Assembly (NCBI RefSeq): GCF_006345805.1
Contig: NC_043012.1
Span: 42,780,001 to 42,844,000, forward strand
Source of the DNA: Octopus sinensis
Taxonomy: Eukaryota
Reading direction: 5' to 3'
DNA: 64,000 nucleotides
Positions 11,960 through 24,399 of the stretch are shown piece after piece. Both the position numbers and the translations under genes were made by a program. The number at the start of each line of letters is the position of its first letter. Position 1 is the first letter of the stretch. Under the pieces are notes generated by a model. The model was not told the DNA's origin. It worked only from the letters and a program-made list of their open reading frames with translations, and did no database searches.

Positions 11960-14900
11960 TAATTTCTTTATTGCTTGTAAGGGCATACATAGAAGATACA
12001 AAAGGAGGGGCCGGAGACAAACAATGGACAGTCTTACAGGGGAAGGGGTACTGGTGTTGGGGTTACAAACATGAAAGCTGTGATGAAAAATGGTATGAGT
12101 TTAAAAATTTTAATGAAATTAAAATATATAGATAAAATATACTGAAATATATATTTTTTCCTGAGTTTATTTTCAATCCACTGATTTGGAACCTTTGTTA
12201 TGTTTTTCTTTTTTTATTTCCCTTTCTTTTTGGCAAGAAAACGTTTTCCTCCTTCTTGACTGGCTACACCAACATGACCCCATTCATACTCAACTTTCTT
12301 ACCACATTTGCCCATCTTTTTTCATACATGCTGAGAGGCAGGTACTTTCACTCCAGATGGATCTTCCTTAAAAGGTGGAAGTTGAACCAACTTACCAACC
12401 CTTGCCCTGAGATAAAGTGGCCTGCCTCAATCCCTTTTGCACGTATCCTCCACACTGTCTCTTTCAGTATGGTCACTACACAGAAAAAGGCTGCCTTCCT
12501 TTTCTTGTTCAGGAAGGGACGCGGTACAATCTTAACTATGGACTCAGTCGAGAGCCGTACTTCTTCCACATCTGAAATCAGTTGTTCGACATAGGCAATC
12601 AACCGCTTCAAGTCCCCACAGTGTACAAAGGCGTGCATGACAGTTTCACTGATGTGTCTGCACCTCAGACATGTGGGGGTGAGTGTTGAAACCGTGTCTA
12701 GACAACCTCTCTCAAACCAATAGGACTGATCAGTAGCACAACAAAGCCATGGAATTCTGGAAATTATCCAGATATCTTGGTCCAAATGCCCTTTCGAACA
12801 GGTTGGCCAGTTGTTCATCATCAAAGCTTAGTTTCCCCCAGGACATCATCAGACTTAAACTCTACCAACCCTCTATAGAAATCCACAGTAGTAACCGCTT
12901 GCTCAGGAGAACAGAATAAGTGCTTGTCAGCACTCCTTCTGCCATTCTCCTGTCTTAGGTTTCTGTTTGATCCATGTGCCTAAGTCCCAGAGGGACTTCA
13001 ATTGTGGGAAAAGCTGCTTGGCATGTGGTGACCTCACCTGTTCACCATCCAGGTAGCACTGGAGGTCTCTCAACCTCAACGTGTGCTTGCACATCATTAG
13101 CCAAGGCATCCCCAGCCCACCCTTTAACAGTTTCTGGCACCTCACAAGAGGTGGTTTCCCTTTTCACAAAAAGTGGAAAAGGATCTGTTCCAGCTTGGTC
13201 AGCCACAAACCGGGACAGGGCATGACAGTCAGGTGATAGGTTATCACAGATGCTATAAACACCTGTGCAACCTTGTCCCTCCCAAACCAGATCTGGGTTA
13301 TGGCTATCACCTTACTCGCTACCTCACACCAGTTCTCCACCTGGAGACCTGATGAAAACTAGATTCTGAGCAATTTAACCAGTACCTCCGTCCAGCATCC
13401 AATGATGCTGTTAGAAGGCATCAACTTGCCATGCCAGGTGCCGAGTTGCAAACCAACAGATTTTTCATGGTTAATTTTTGCCCATGCCACCACTTCATAT
13501 CCTTTGATGGTGTCTTCTACATGAGGTAGCTGCCCTTCATCAGATATGATGATGGTAGCATCATCCGCATATGCCATCGCACTTCTACCATAACATAGAT
13601 CATGCGGGTCTCCCCCCATCATCCCCAATCTCCGTAGCAGTGGCTCAAGAGCCAATACATACAGGGGGCAGCCCTGGCAAACCAAATATTCAATCACAAA
13701 CGGGCTCGAGAAGAACCCATTCACCCAGACAGATTTGATATTGCAATATAAAGCTTTGATCCAACCTCGGACAGTCAAGCCCAGACTGACCACCTAGAGG
13801 ACCACCACCAAATACCGATGGTTGACCCTATCGAATACCTTAGACTGGTCTAAATTCACCAGTGCCCCACTTTTGCCAGGAACTTTACCCATCCTCTCTA
13901 TGGTGTAGCATATGAGATGAAGGTTGTTGAATATCATCCTTCCTGAGATGGCACATGTCTGTGCCTCTCCCACCAGGTCACCTACAAAAATCCACATTCT
14001 CTTGGCTAGCACCCTAGCCAAAATCTTTAACTCTGTGTTTAGCAGAGTTATGGGCCTATTTTATGTTATTCCCCTTGCTCATGTCCTTCCTGATCAGTGT
14101 CACAACTCCTCGGCTCACAGAGTTGGGAATTCTCCCATTCTGCTGCCAATTTGTGTAAACACTAGCCAGTATGTTCCCGAACAAGTCTGGCATACTTTTA
14201 CAAAATTCGTAAGGTAGTCCATCTGATCACGGTGACTTGTCCCCAGGACACTCAGAAAGTACCTCTATAACCTCCTCAGCCATGATCATCCCTTCCCAGC
14301 GCTTAGCATCGCATGCTGAAAGACATGGGCCACCGGCCAGGAAATCCCGGAGGGAATCCCCATGGACCAACATCCCGCTCCTCCCGAACAATGCAGCAAA
14401 GTGCTCATGAAAGGCCTTGCACATCTCCTGTTCTTTGATCTCCTGTCCATGTTCATTAACCATAGACCTTATTGTAGCATCCACGCCACATTGGGTTTCT
14501 ACTGAACGAGCCCACCTGGCAACATCAATACCCTCACGGCCCAGTGCACGTACTTTAGCCCTGACTCTGCATCCTTCTTGTTTGGCATTGAGGTGTCAGT
14601 CCAAGGCCAATCTCACCGCCAAAACTTGGGGTGTAGAGTCCACTCTCAGCACCTCTTCTAATGCCTTAACTAAATCCCTTTCTACTCTAGTCTGCTCTTG
14701 ACTTAACTGCTTGCTAAATCTAATCGACTCAATTTGAATGGTTCTTTTGAGGGCACCCCACCACCGGTTATTTGACACAGTCCCAGTTAGAACCCTCATA
14801 ACTAACACCTTAATCTGGCTACAGTAAGTTTCGCAATCCAATAGGGACTCGTTCAACTTCCAATAGCCAGATCCCAGTCTATGGACCTTATCTATATGCA

Positions 14901-16846
14901 ACCTACACATCACTAATTTGTTATCAGTGTAAGGTACATAGGTATATTGTGGACAGCTAAAACTAGACTTATCTCTAGTGTTAACTATAATCCTGTCTAT
15001 GTAAGACCTGATCAATTTATGGTGATTAGTCCAAGTCCATATTGGCATGCTTGGATTATCAAGTCTGAATCGATCTACCAGCCTAAATCGCTTCAGCAGA
15101 TTGACAAGGCATGAGTTACATCTGCTATCATTTGAGCCTACACTATCCAGGCGTGCATTGAGAATAACGTTAAAATCACCGAACACAACTAGTGTCTTTG
15201 ACGTCACCAGAAAATTCTCCAGGTGTTGATAGACCTCATTCCATTTGCCTATTGTATTAGGCACGTAAATGCCACCAATGTGAAGGCCTTACCTCTGTAT
15301 GTCAGATCTAGAATGACCAACTCACCTTGTGGGTCCACGAAGATTGTATGAGACTTTCTCATAGCTGTTCAGGAGAGATGAGAACTCCTGCAGCTTGGAC
15401 TCTGTAGTAACCATCACATCGATTCTGTGTGTCCTGAGGTTGTCGAGGAAACACACCTGCTTCCTCTTCAACCCCAAACAATGCACATCTAAATAGCCAA
15501 TACATAGTGTAGCCATGTCAAGACAGTAAGAAGAAGGAAGGAAAATTCTATGCTTACCTGCTCATTCATTTCTTTTCGAGGGGGGTTGTTCTTAGTACCA
15601 TTGGGGTAGGAAGCTCCCCCTCCTTCTTCTTGCACAGAAATGGTTCCATCGGCGGGTTGAATATTTTGGGGAGATCCTTGATATCAACAATGTCTCCTCT
15701 ATTTCTCTCCTTGAGTTCTAAATATAAGTCTCTCAAGACTTTTGCAATGGTTATCATATCATTGTCCTTGTTTTCGTAAACTCTCGTCCGTAGGTGTGGT
15801 TTAATCACTCCTTCCAAATATTTGCTTTGATTCTTGTAGGCAATTACTACAATGTCTTCCTTTTTGGGTATATCATTTTCAATTAAGCTTATTTTCCCAC
15901 ATTTTGGCAGGGCCTTGAACTTTTTCTGGGTATCATTGGTTTTCACTATTTTATTTTTAGGAGTCACTTTCCTTCCACATGAACAGTTAACACTGTTTCC
16001 TCCCCTATGTGAATGGACTCTGGGAGGCTTTCCAAATCAGCGGATGAGGCTTGAGCAAGAATCTCTAGAGTTTGGCCTCACAAGTTTTGTGGGGCCAAGC
16101 TCTAGAGATTTGAAAAATATAAAATTTTTCTCCCTTCTGGTGGGTTATTTTAAATTTTTATTCAAGAAGTTCTTCTACCCAGATATAAGGGTAGAAATAA
16201 TATATTCCCATTCTGCACAGTTTGAGTCGAGAAGTCTTTAGCCTTCTCTACTGACTCAAACCATACTTCTATTGTGGAAAACCTTGTTCTTCAGGCCAGG
16301 TATTTTATTTCCTTTAATACCGGCTTAAGGTATTTTTCAATGGTGCTTTCTTTCAGGTACTCGTATTTCTTGTTTTTGGCATTATATGACTTGTATATGA
16401 TGGTTTTTCTCTTGTTTTGTTAATCATTTCGTTGGAAGGTCTGATGTGACTTTCTCCATTCTCTTCTGCAATCATGATGAAATAGGCCTGAAATTCTTCC
16501 TTTCGCAAAGTAATCTTTTCTGCTCTGCCAACAGCGGCGGCAAAATTCAAATTTTTCAGTTCTTTAACCAAAGACATTTTTTTTTGTAGCAAAAATTACT
16601 AAAAGCAAAGGAAAATAAATGATTGTTCCACAAGGAACACAGTTCACACAAAAACGAATAACAATTTGCTTATCCTTCCCCCAAGGTGGGGGGAATAACA
16701 ATTTACAAATGATTATTTGTAAAAATACAATGTTTCCCTTACAGGAAACCACAATACACAGAAAAAACAATTCCTTAAAGGATAACAATATTAAAAATAG
16801 CAATATTAAAAGCAGCTCTTCAGGTACTGAATGAATGCAACTCCAG
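11960..16846 (-). mobile_element. Tx1-clade (L1 superfamily) LINE, copy A, both ends present, decayed
   Basis: ORF1 pieces (15566-16592), APE (15516-14596; GDFNVIL, WTWTN, YIDRII), RT (QGCPL, YADD) and the ETVMHAFVHC zinc-finger region. Flanked by the 13-bp direct repeat acaggcactgaat at 11947-11959 and 16847-16859. Confidence 0.88.
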
Positions 16847-17439
16847 ACAGGCACTGAATGGCACGATTTTAGAATTTCTTTCCTTTATATAAGGGATGGA
16901 CTGGAAGTCCCTGACTTTCACGTAAAACCGGAATCTTCTAGAAAAGTTTCGAACATTCTAGAAGCTCGAAGGAGATTACTCTTGTTACATCCCTCTTCTA
17001 TTTTGCTTACTGTCATAGTCACCAGGGGTCACTACACCCTTGTCAGCCCTCGAAGACCCAACAAATTTCTTAACAGCTCAATGATCTCTTCCCAGGATCT
17101 TTGATATTTCCAATGTCATTTTTGTTTTTCCAAGCTGGTGGACTTCTCATTTTTTTGTTTTTCCAAGATGGTGGACTTCTCATTTGATGTTAAATCACGT
17201 TTTTGTCCCATAATTAACACTTTTATTGAGCACTTGCCTAATAATTTAGGACAGTAAAATTGTTGCTGATTCATGAAAATGGCTGCCATTTTTGATTGAT
17301 TCCAGTTTCAGCTTATGAGCTGTGGCCATGCTGGGGCACCGCCATTTGTTTATATCTGCATTGATCCAATTTATTTGACTACAGTATGCACAAGCAGACG
17401 TTGCCATCATTCAGTGAAAAATATCTGGATTCAAATGAA

Positions 17440-18320
17440 TAAATACTCTGTTATTTAAAAAAAAAGAGCTGCCTAATAATTAGACATGCACTGTAGATCT
17501 CTCTGCCAAGAGCATTGGTAAAATCTATTTATAAGAACAAAATTTTTAAAAAATGGACCAGTTCACTTAGAAGATAGTACAAGTGTACTTGGCACAAAAA
17601 ACACAAACCATAGAAGGCATTGATCATGTGAAAAGCTTGGCATAGAGTGCCAACAAGTTTATGACATCCCACTTTGAAGGCTACCTCCATGCAATTCAAG
17701 AGCAAGTGATCTCCATTAAGTACCTACAGCAGAAAAAGCAGAGATCATTGATAGACAAAACAAACACTGAAGACGTCAACCACATTATTGTCAACTGCAA
17801 GAGAATGTTTTCCAGATATTATCTTCCCGTGAGACGTGATGCAGTGGTCAGAACAGTCTTGAAGAGGATAACAAAAAAGAAAACACCTACAGACAAAGTT
17901 GACTATACCGAGACCAGTGGGTCAAAAGAATATTGGTGGAACTTAGAAATTAAAACAGCTACCAAATTAAAAGACAACTGGCCAGATATTGTTGTGTGGG
18001 ACCATAAGGAAAAAATATATTCTGTTGCAGAAATCAGCTGCCCTCTGGACACCAATGTGGTTAGGAAAGTACAAGACAAAGAGGATGTCTATGGACTATT
18101 GATAAGGAGTTTGCAAATCTAGCACTCATGATACACCTCCAGCTTCATATCTATTATTATTGGAGCACGAGGATACATATCAAACTGTCTGGAACAAGGT
18201 ATGGCTGATCTTGGTTTCTTGGGGAGAGAATGCAAATCTTTAATTCAGACATTACCAATGATCATGTTATCTGGGACTATAAAAACCTGTAAGAGTTTAA
18301 GATTTAAAGGATGACTAGCA
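17440..18320 (+). mobile_element. 5'-truncated RLE-type LINE (R4/Dong-like), restriction-like endonuclease domain
   Basis: ORF 17661-18122: EGYLHAIQEQ, EDVNHIIVNC, PDIVVWD...EISCPLDTN...KEDVY (PD-(D/E)xK-type RLE signature). Confidence 0.75.
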
Positions 18321-18364
18321 GAGATACCTGGCATTGCTCGGGATTAAAATGGTATAGTTTTTAT

Positions 18365-18560
18365 TGTTTTATTTGTTTCAGTCATGTGACTATGGACATG
18401 CCGGAGCCCTAACTTTAGTCAAAGAAATCGACTCTGGGATTTATTCTTTGTAAGCCTTGTACTTATTCTATCAGAGTTTTACCAAATGGCTAAGTTACAG
18501 GAACGTAAACATAGTAACATCGATTGTAAAGTGATGGTGGGGGTACAAACACAGACACAC
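18365..18560 (-). mobile_element. tRNA-SINE 3' half
   Basis: Antisense of the SINE core/tail seen at 19729-20045 and 62782-63135. Confidence 0.7.
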
Positions 18561-18576
18561 ACACACACACACACAC

Positions 18577-18618
<42 letters not shown>

Positions 18619-18859
18619 GGTTCGAGTCCCATGCAAATAGGGAAGCCTTCCTTTTTCTATCGAGGGCTTATATGCCCTGTTTAATAACAGGGCATATAAG
18701 CCCTCGATATTTTCCTTAGTCATTACACAATGATTGCCATAAGCTTTAAGCTTATATAAAAATACCATTATTATTATTTACAGGATTGTAAAATACGGTG
18801 CTGTATAACAAAACCATTTGCACTGAAAGCATATATACACACACACACATATATACACA

Positions 18860-19140
18860 TACATGTTGGACTTAAGAAAAATCAGATTTGGTGTGCAAGA
18901 GAGACGACTGCACTGGTATGGTCATGTGTTGCATATGGATGAGGACAGCTGTGTGAAAAAGTGTCACACCCTAGCAGTAGAGGGAAGCTGTGGGAAAGGT
19001 AGGCCCAGGAAGACCTGGGATGAGGTGGTGAAGCACAACCTTTGAACATTGGGCCTCACGGAGGCAATGACAAGTGACTGAAACCTTTGGAGATACATTG
19101 TGCTTGAGAAGACCCAGAAAGCCAAGTGAGGCCATAACTG
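18860..19140 (+). mobile_element. RTE LINE C-terminal fragment
   Basis: QERRLHWYGHVLHMDEDSCVKKC...GRPRKTWDEVVKHNL. Confidence 0.85.
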
Positions 19141-19728
19141 TGGCCTATGCCATTGCAGGAAGGAATGGAGGAAGAATGGAGGAAAGGAGGAAGAATGGAT
19201 AGTAACAGAGAGTAGAAGGAAGAAGAGGAAGAAAAGAAAGAACACTGAGTGTGATATGGTACCTTAGTCCAACTCAAGACTGCTCAGACCCACCTGCCCT
19301 ATACAGACTCCAGACTCACCCACTCCCTTTCCCCATAGGAAAAAAAGAAAAAGAAAAAAAAAGCAGACACCACCACAGAATTTAGAAGACCCCTCCCCCG
19401 GTGTAAAGGTTATAAAGAATGTTGTCATTGAGCGGTAGTGAGAGTGGAAATAGAAGTACTAGACCAGAGACTAAAGAGGAATTAGGACTCAGAGGCAGCG
19501 AGTGGTGTTGCTCAGTGTGGGGTGAGTAGCACACTCTTCATATTTTCATTTTCAGATATCATTCATGTTATCATAACCTTAATTTATTTTCTCATGTTCA
19601 TTTTCATGTCACTCACAGTATCATATCTTATTTTTACATATTTTTAATTGTTATATGTCCCCACATGTTTTGTAGTGTCCCCTCTGTGTTATGCCTTTAT
19701 GGCAATTTAAAAGAAATAATGTAGCTTG

Positions 19729-20045
19729 CTTACAAACCACATGGGCAAGTGTCTTCAGCTATAGCCTCAGGCTTGCAAATGGATTTGGTAGACGGAAACT
19801 GAAAAAAGGCCATCATATATATGTATGTGTAATATGTTTGTGTGTCTGTGTTTGTACCCCACAACATCACTTGACAACTGATACTGGTGTGTTTACATCC
19901 CCGTAACCTAGCGGTTCGGCAAAATAGACTGATAGAATAAGTACTAGGCTTACAAGGAATAAGTCCTAGGGTCAGTTTGCTCGCCTATATATGGTGATCC
20001 AGCATGGCCACTGTCAAATGCCTGAAACAAGTAAAAGAGTAAAAG
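19729..20045 (+). mobile_element. tRNA-SINE copy
   Basis: gggcaagtgtcttc...ccccgtaacctagcggttcggc...ccagcatggccactgtcaaatgcctgaaacaagtaaaag. Confidence 0.75.
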
Positions 20046-20216
20046 TGAGATACATATATATTTGCACACACACACACATATATATCTACATGCATATATA
20101 CATGCATATATATATGTATATACATATATATACATGTGTGTATATATACATGCACACAAATAGACATATATATAAATATATACATGCATATATATATGTA
20201 TATATATATACATGTG

Positions 20217-20258
<42 letters not shown>

Positions 20259-20269
20259 AATTAAGATAG

Positions 20270-22750
20270 GGGTTGTAAATGCAACCCTCCATGGGATAAC
20301 ATATATCCAATATACTGCTAGTGAAGTACCCAACAAGGTTAATACATAAATGTTAATGATTGCGATGCAATCAATTCATTTACTGTATTATATGGGCAAA
20401 GGTAAAATGATTTACCACAAATTACTAATACAAGATAAGAAAATGGAGAAATACATCTAAATCAAATATCAATTACCAGATAATACTCAATCACATACTT
20501 TATTAAACCACCACATAAGAGACTATAGGGTTAAATATAAAAAGCAGAACAAATCAGTGTACATAAAGGAATGTACATAAAAAAGTGTACATAAAAGAGT
20601 AATGTTGTATAATAAGTAGAATATATATAAAAGAGAATATAAATATAAGTAAATATAAATATAAGTATAGATTACATCTTACAGCTGTTTTGGCCATGTA
20701 GATAAGTATGTCTCATTTTACCAATATTAGCCTTTTATGGTAGGTCAATATATAGATATAAATGAGACATTTACAAAAATATCATAAGGCCTCTTCGGAG
20801 ATTATGTAATATAAATCAGTCTACATATATACCCACATGGGTGTAGGTACATACCCATAATACAACATATACATATACATATGAGTGCATATACTCACAC
20901 TCCTATACATATAAAAATATACATATACATAATGATATAAATAAATAATATAAACTAGTAAACATATAAATGTGTTCAACATTCAATGTCTCAGTTTTTC
21001 GACTTAATATTGTGATAATAAACATGCACAAATTAGTACCTAGATGCAAATATACATAGTCAATAGTACATTATATTACTTCATACTAATTTCTAAAGTG
21101 TCATTAAAGTTAGCATCATTATCGTTGTCAATACCATTAATGCTACCATTATTATCATTCATAATATTATTAATAACGCTTACATTAGGATCCAGAGTGG
21201 CACATATGTATGTCCGGGTTCCAGTTAGTAATTTTCCTTATGACATAAATACACTATTGGATTTGGATTTAAAATTATCATTATCTTCCTCACGGTTGGT
21301 CATTTGAGAGCCGCCCGACCTCCACCACACTGCTGCGCATATACACCTTACACCGATAAAAGACTCTGTGGGGTTCCGAATATCATGCTTATATCAGAAT
21401 AACTATATATTTTTGTATATTTTTCCAGCCGGGACAGAAACAATCAATGTAGAACACATACATGGAGACACAAAAGTTATAAAATTATAAATTGTAAGGA
21501 CCAATAGTACAGTCCTTATATAGATGAATGCTAAAAGGTTACTGGTAGAAGAATTATATGTTATTTAAATCTAGAGAAAGTGTACGCCAATTTGTGAAGG
21601 CAAAAATAATTTCGCTCATTAATGCTGTTAATAATGGGTTGGCCGGCTTTGATGATGAAGAAAATTTCATTGATACATAAAGAGCATTTTTTACTTCTAC
21701 TATTGTATACAGGTGCAGATGTTAGTATTAAAATCTATGTTCTTACTCTTGAGTTCCCAGATATACGTTCTTAACCCCGTAGAGTTCATCCTATTTTTAT
21801 TTTTAAAAGTATATCTATGATAGTTTAGCCGTTGTTTTATACTATTTTTAGTCGCACCAATGTACACCCTGCTATTATATTGTGTATTTACAGTGCATTG
21901 GTAAACCACCTCTCTCCTCAGGCATTTATTACCAAACACACATTGATTCTTGCTTCTGCAATTGCAGCCATTAACAGATTGAGGAGATTTAACCCTGGCA
22001 GAAATCCCCGTAGCCCTATTCCTGTTGATATTATTGCACTTATTTTCACTACTACTCATGTTTATCTTTCTATCATTATAGAAGCAATCCAATTTCTTCG
22101 TTGTTGAAGGAGGAGATGATGGTGGCTAGATACTATATCCTATTCTAATAGTTCTATTGTTAATTATTTGGCTAAATTTATTCTTACCCTTAGTAAATAG
22201 TCTATATATTACTTTATGTATTGTTCTGACTATATCCGTTTTAATCTGCATTGCATATGGTATTATTAGCCATAGTGTATCGTCATCACTATGTGGATTA
22301 CTCCGAAAATTGTTATTCTTGGGAAAAACCCTATTATTCTTCCAACCCATATGCTTTCTACCCTTAGTATTGTCAATATAATGCCTAGAATTCCCCTTTA
22401 GATTGGTTTTATTAGTGACTTTATTGTTATTGTTATTATTATTATTGTTTAGATGAACTCCACTATTACCATATATATTATCAATGTTACTATGGCTATT
22501 GTTAATATCCCTACTCCTAATACTTATTAATTGATTTATCTCCATTTTCTTATTTTTCTTGAATAAATATAAACATTGGTTTATCTAATTACCTATTATT
22601 CATGAGTATTATAATTAATATTCACAACAAATATTAGGTATTGGACCAGTAATTCATTGGATATTACTATCCCTTAATAAGGCCTATCTTATATATATTT
22701 TGAATTTAGTTCACGAAACCCAGGTAGGGAAACCCTGGTCTAGGTAGAAA
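20270..22750 (-). mobile_element. Penelope-like element, 5'-truncated, with GIY-YIG endonuclease
   Basis: ORF 21700-22092: CNCRSKNQC...CLRREVVYQC...VYIGATKNSIKQRLNYH...YIWELK. ORF 22126-22545 has ...IINNRTIRIGYS (RT/EN linker). Outer boundaries approximate. Confidence 0.8.
20672..20809 (-). ncRNA. Degenerate minimal type I hammerhead ribozyme (Penelope-associated)
   Basis: Minus strand reads stem I atct - CCGAAGA - GGCC...GGCC - AAAA - C AGCT G TA / agat. This is the minimal HHR layout with palindromic loop III; two core positions are mutated. Confidence 0.6.
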
Positions 22751-23055
22751 CCATTCTTTCTCCATTAGAGAGAGAGAGCTAGAAGTAAAACTAAAAACAC
22801 AGTAATGCGCGCGCGCACCCCTTACTTTTAGTATATATTTAATTGAAAGGAGAGGTGCGATTCTAAATAATTTCAGTTAACTTTCGGATGTTTTAAATTA
22901 TATATGAAATAAATTAGATTTCACCGAAATTTTGATTTTTAGAAAGGTTACGTATCATTATTGTTCGAAAATAAATTGTTTATCACTTTTATTTCGTTTG
23001 AATCTTGTGAGAGAGCAGTGTAAGTGTTGAGAAGCCTAGCGATGGCTTATGAATA

Positions 23056-23100
23056 TGACGTCAACGCCAATCAGCGCGCAATTCGCCCAGAAAGCGCGGA
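23056..23100 (+). promoter_or_regulatory. Myb proximal promoter: CRE, CCAAT box and E2F-like sites
   Basis: TGACGTCA 23056-23063, CCAAT 23067-23071, GCGCGCAA and GCGCGGAA, all clustered in a CpG-rich patch 140-190 bp upstream of the ATG. Confidence 0.6.
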
Positions 23101-23240
23101 ATACAGTCTCCGCCATGATACTAGTTTTCATCTCTGCTTATGTTTATTTCAAGTGATTATTATCGGCATGAAGTAAATAGTGAATCGTTACGTGTGTCTT
23201 GTTATGGAAATACAATTCGTTTATTATATGATCAATCGTA

Positions 23241-23263
23241 ATGAGTGAGCCTCATAAGATTGG
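23241..23263 (+). CDS. MYB: Myb coding exon 1 (MSEPHKIG)
   Basis: ATG...ATT GG|gtgagt is a strong donor. The 23-nt phase-2 exon joins exon 2 in frame; as I recall, human MYB exon 1 also carries 23 coding nt. Confidence 0.7.
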
Positions 23264-24399
23264 GTGAGTTTTGTTAATTATTTTCGTCTATTTGTTTTCG
23301 ATTGAAAGATGGTTTTTTTCAGACGTAACAAATATTTGTTCATAATTCTTCCTAATCTTTTTATTATATAAAGAAACGTTTTCATATTTCAATTATTCGT
23401 TGGAATGATATGAAGCTGATTTTTATGCTGAATAAATATGTCTCTTAAGTCCATTTTAAAGGAAGAACACAGCATGTCTGCTACCTTGTAGAAAGAACAC
23501 AGTAGATATGTTACCTTATAGAAACAACATACGTCTTTGATTTGGATTTGCAGTGTGAAATGGGTTTGTTGAATGCTTTGTGAATTTACCTAAAATATTA
23601 TGCATGAAATTTGCTTTGTTTGTATAACTTTATATTTTATTATGAGATCTATTTTGTTGAAACGAAATACCTGTTTTAAGGTATCATTAGTTTTCATAAA
23701 ATGTGTCCATCAAAATTTTTATTCATTTCTCTTGATAATCTAAAATTTGTTTTCGATTTACCAAAATGTGTTTTGAGGCTTCAATATCGTAATTTAATAG
23801 CATTTTTTAACGTTTTTCTGGCGTTTGTTGATATATCTGGCGTTTGCTATAAGTATTTTAAAATGCGAATTGAAGTTTTAAGTTTTGTTTATTAAAGCTG
23901 GGTACAAGTTTTATGTGACAATATTTAGTGTAGATGATCTTTCCCACGTGTTATTATTCACATGAGATACTCAAGACAACTTTTAAATGTGAATACGGTG
24001 TAATGGGACTGATCAGAGCGAAAACAGGTATGTTTTCGGTGGAAGAGATTTTATCATACGGTTAAGGTTTGCACGTTTAAAAAAAATTTAATGCTAAGAT
24101 AATTTCAGATAACATTGTTTTACAGGCACCCTATACAATAAAGACAAATTCTCAATTAGCACTTTCAAAACGTCTCATAAAATTATTATACACGTACAGT
24201 CATGCACATCCATCCAAACATACGCTGTGTGTGTGTATTCAGGGCTCAAAAGTTAAGATCTCACTCTAGGAAAGAGCAGTTATGGGTACAATAAGAGGTA
24301 AATCTCTACTATGTATGTATGAATATATGTGTATATATGGATGAGTACACACACACACATACATACACACGCAAACACATACATACACATATACCATCA

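Noticed and set aside
19950-20336. Y/I/C/H-rich ORFs (also 18486-18768, 24609-24902, 31275-31571)
   Set aside because: Translations of (TA)n/(CA)n microsatellites.
22714-22745. GAAA-stem-GUC motif resembling half a hammerhead
   Set aside because: No CUGANGA partner upstream or downstream.
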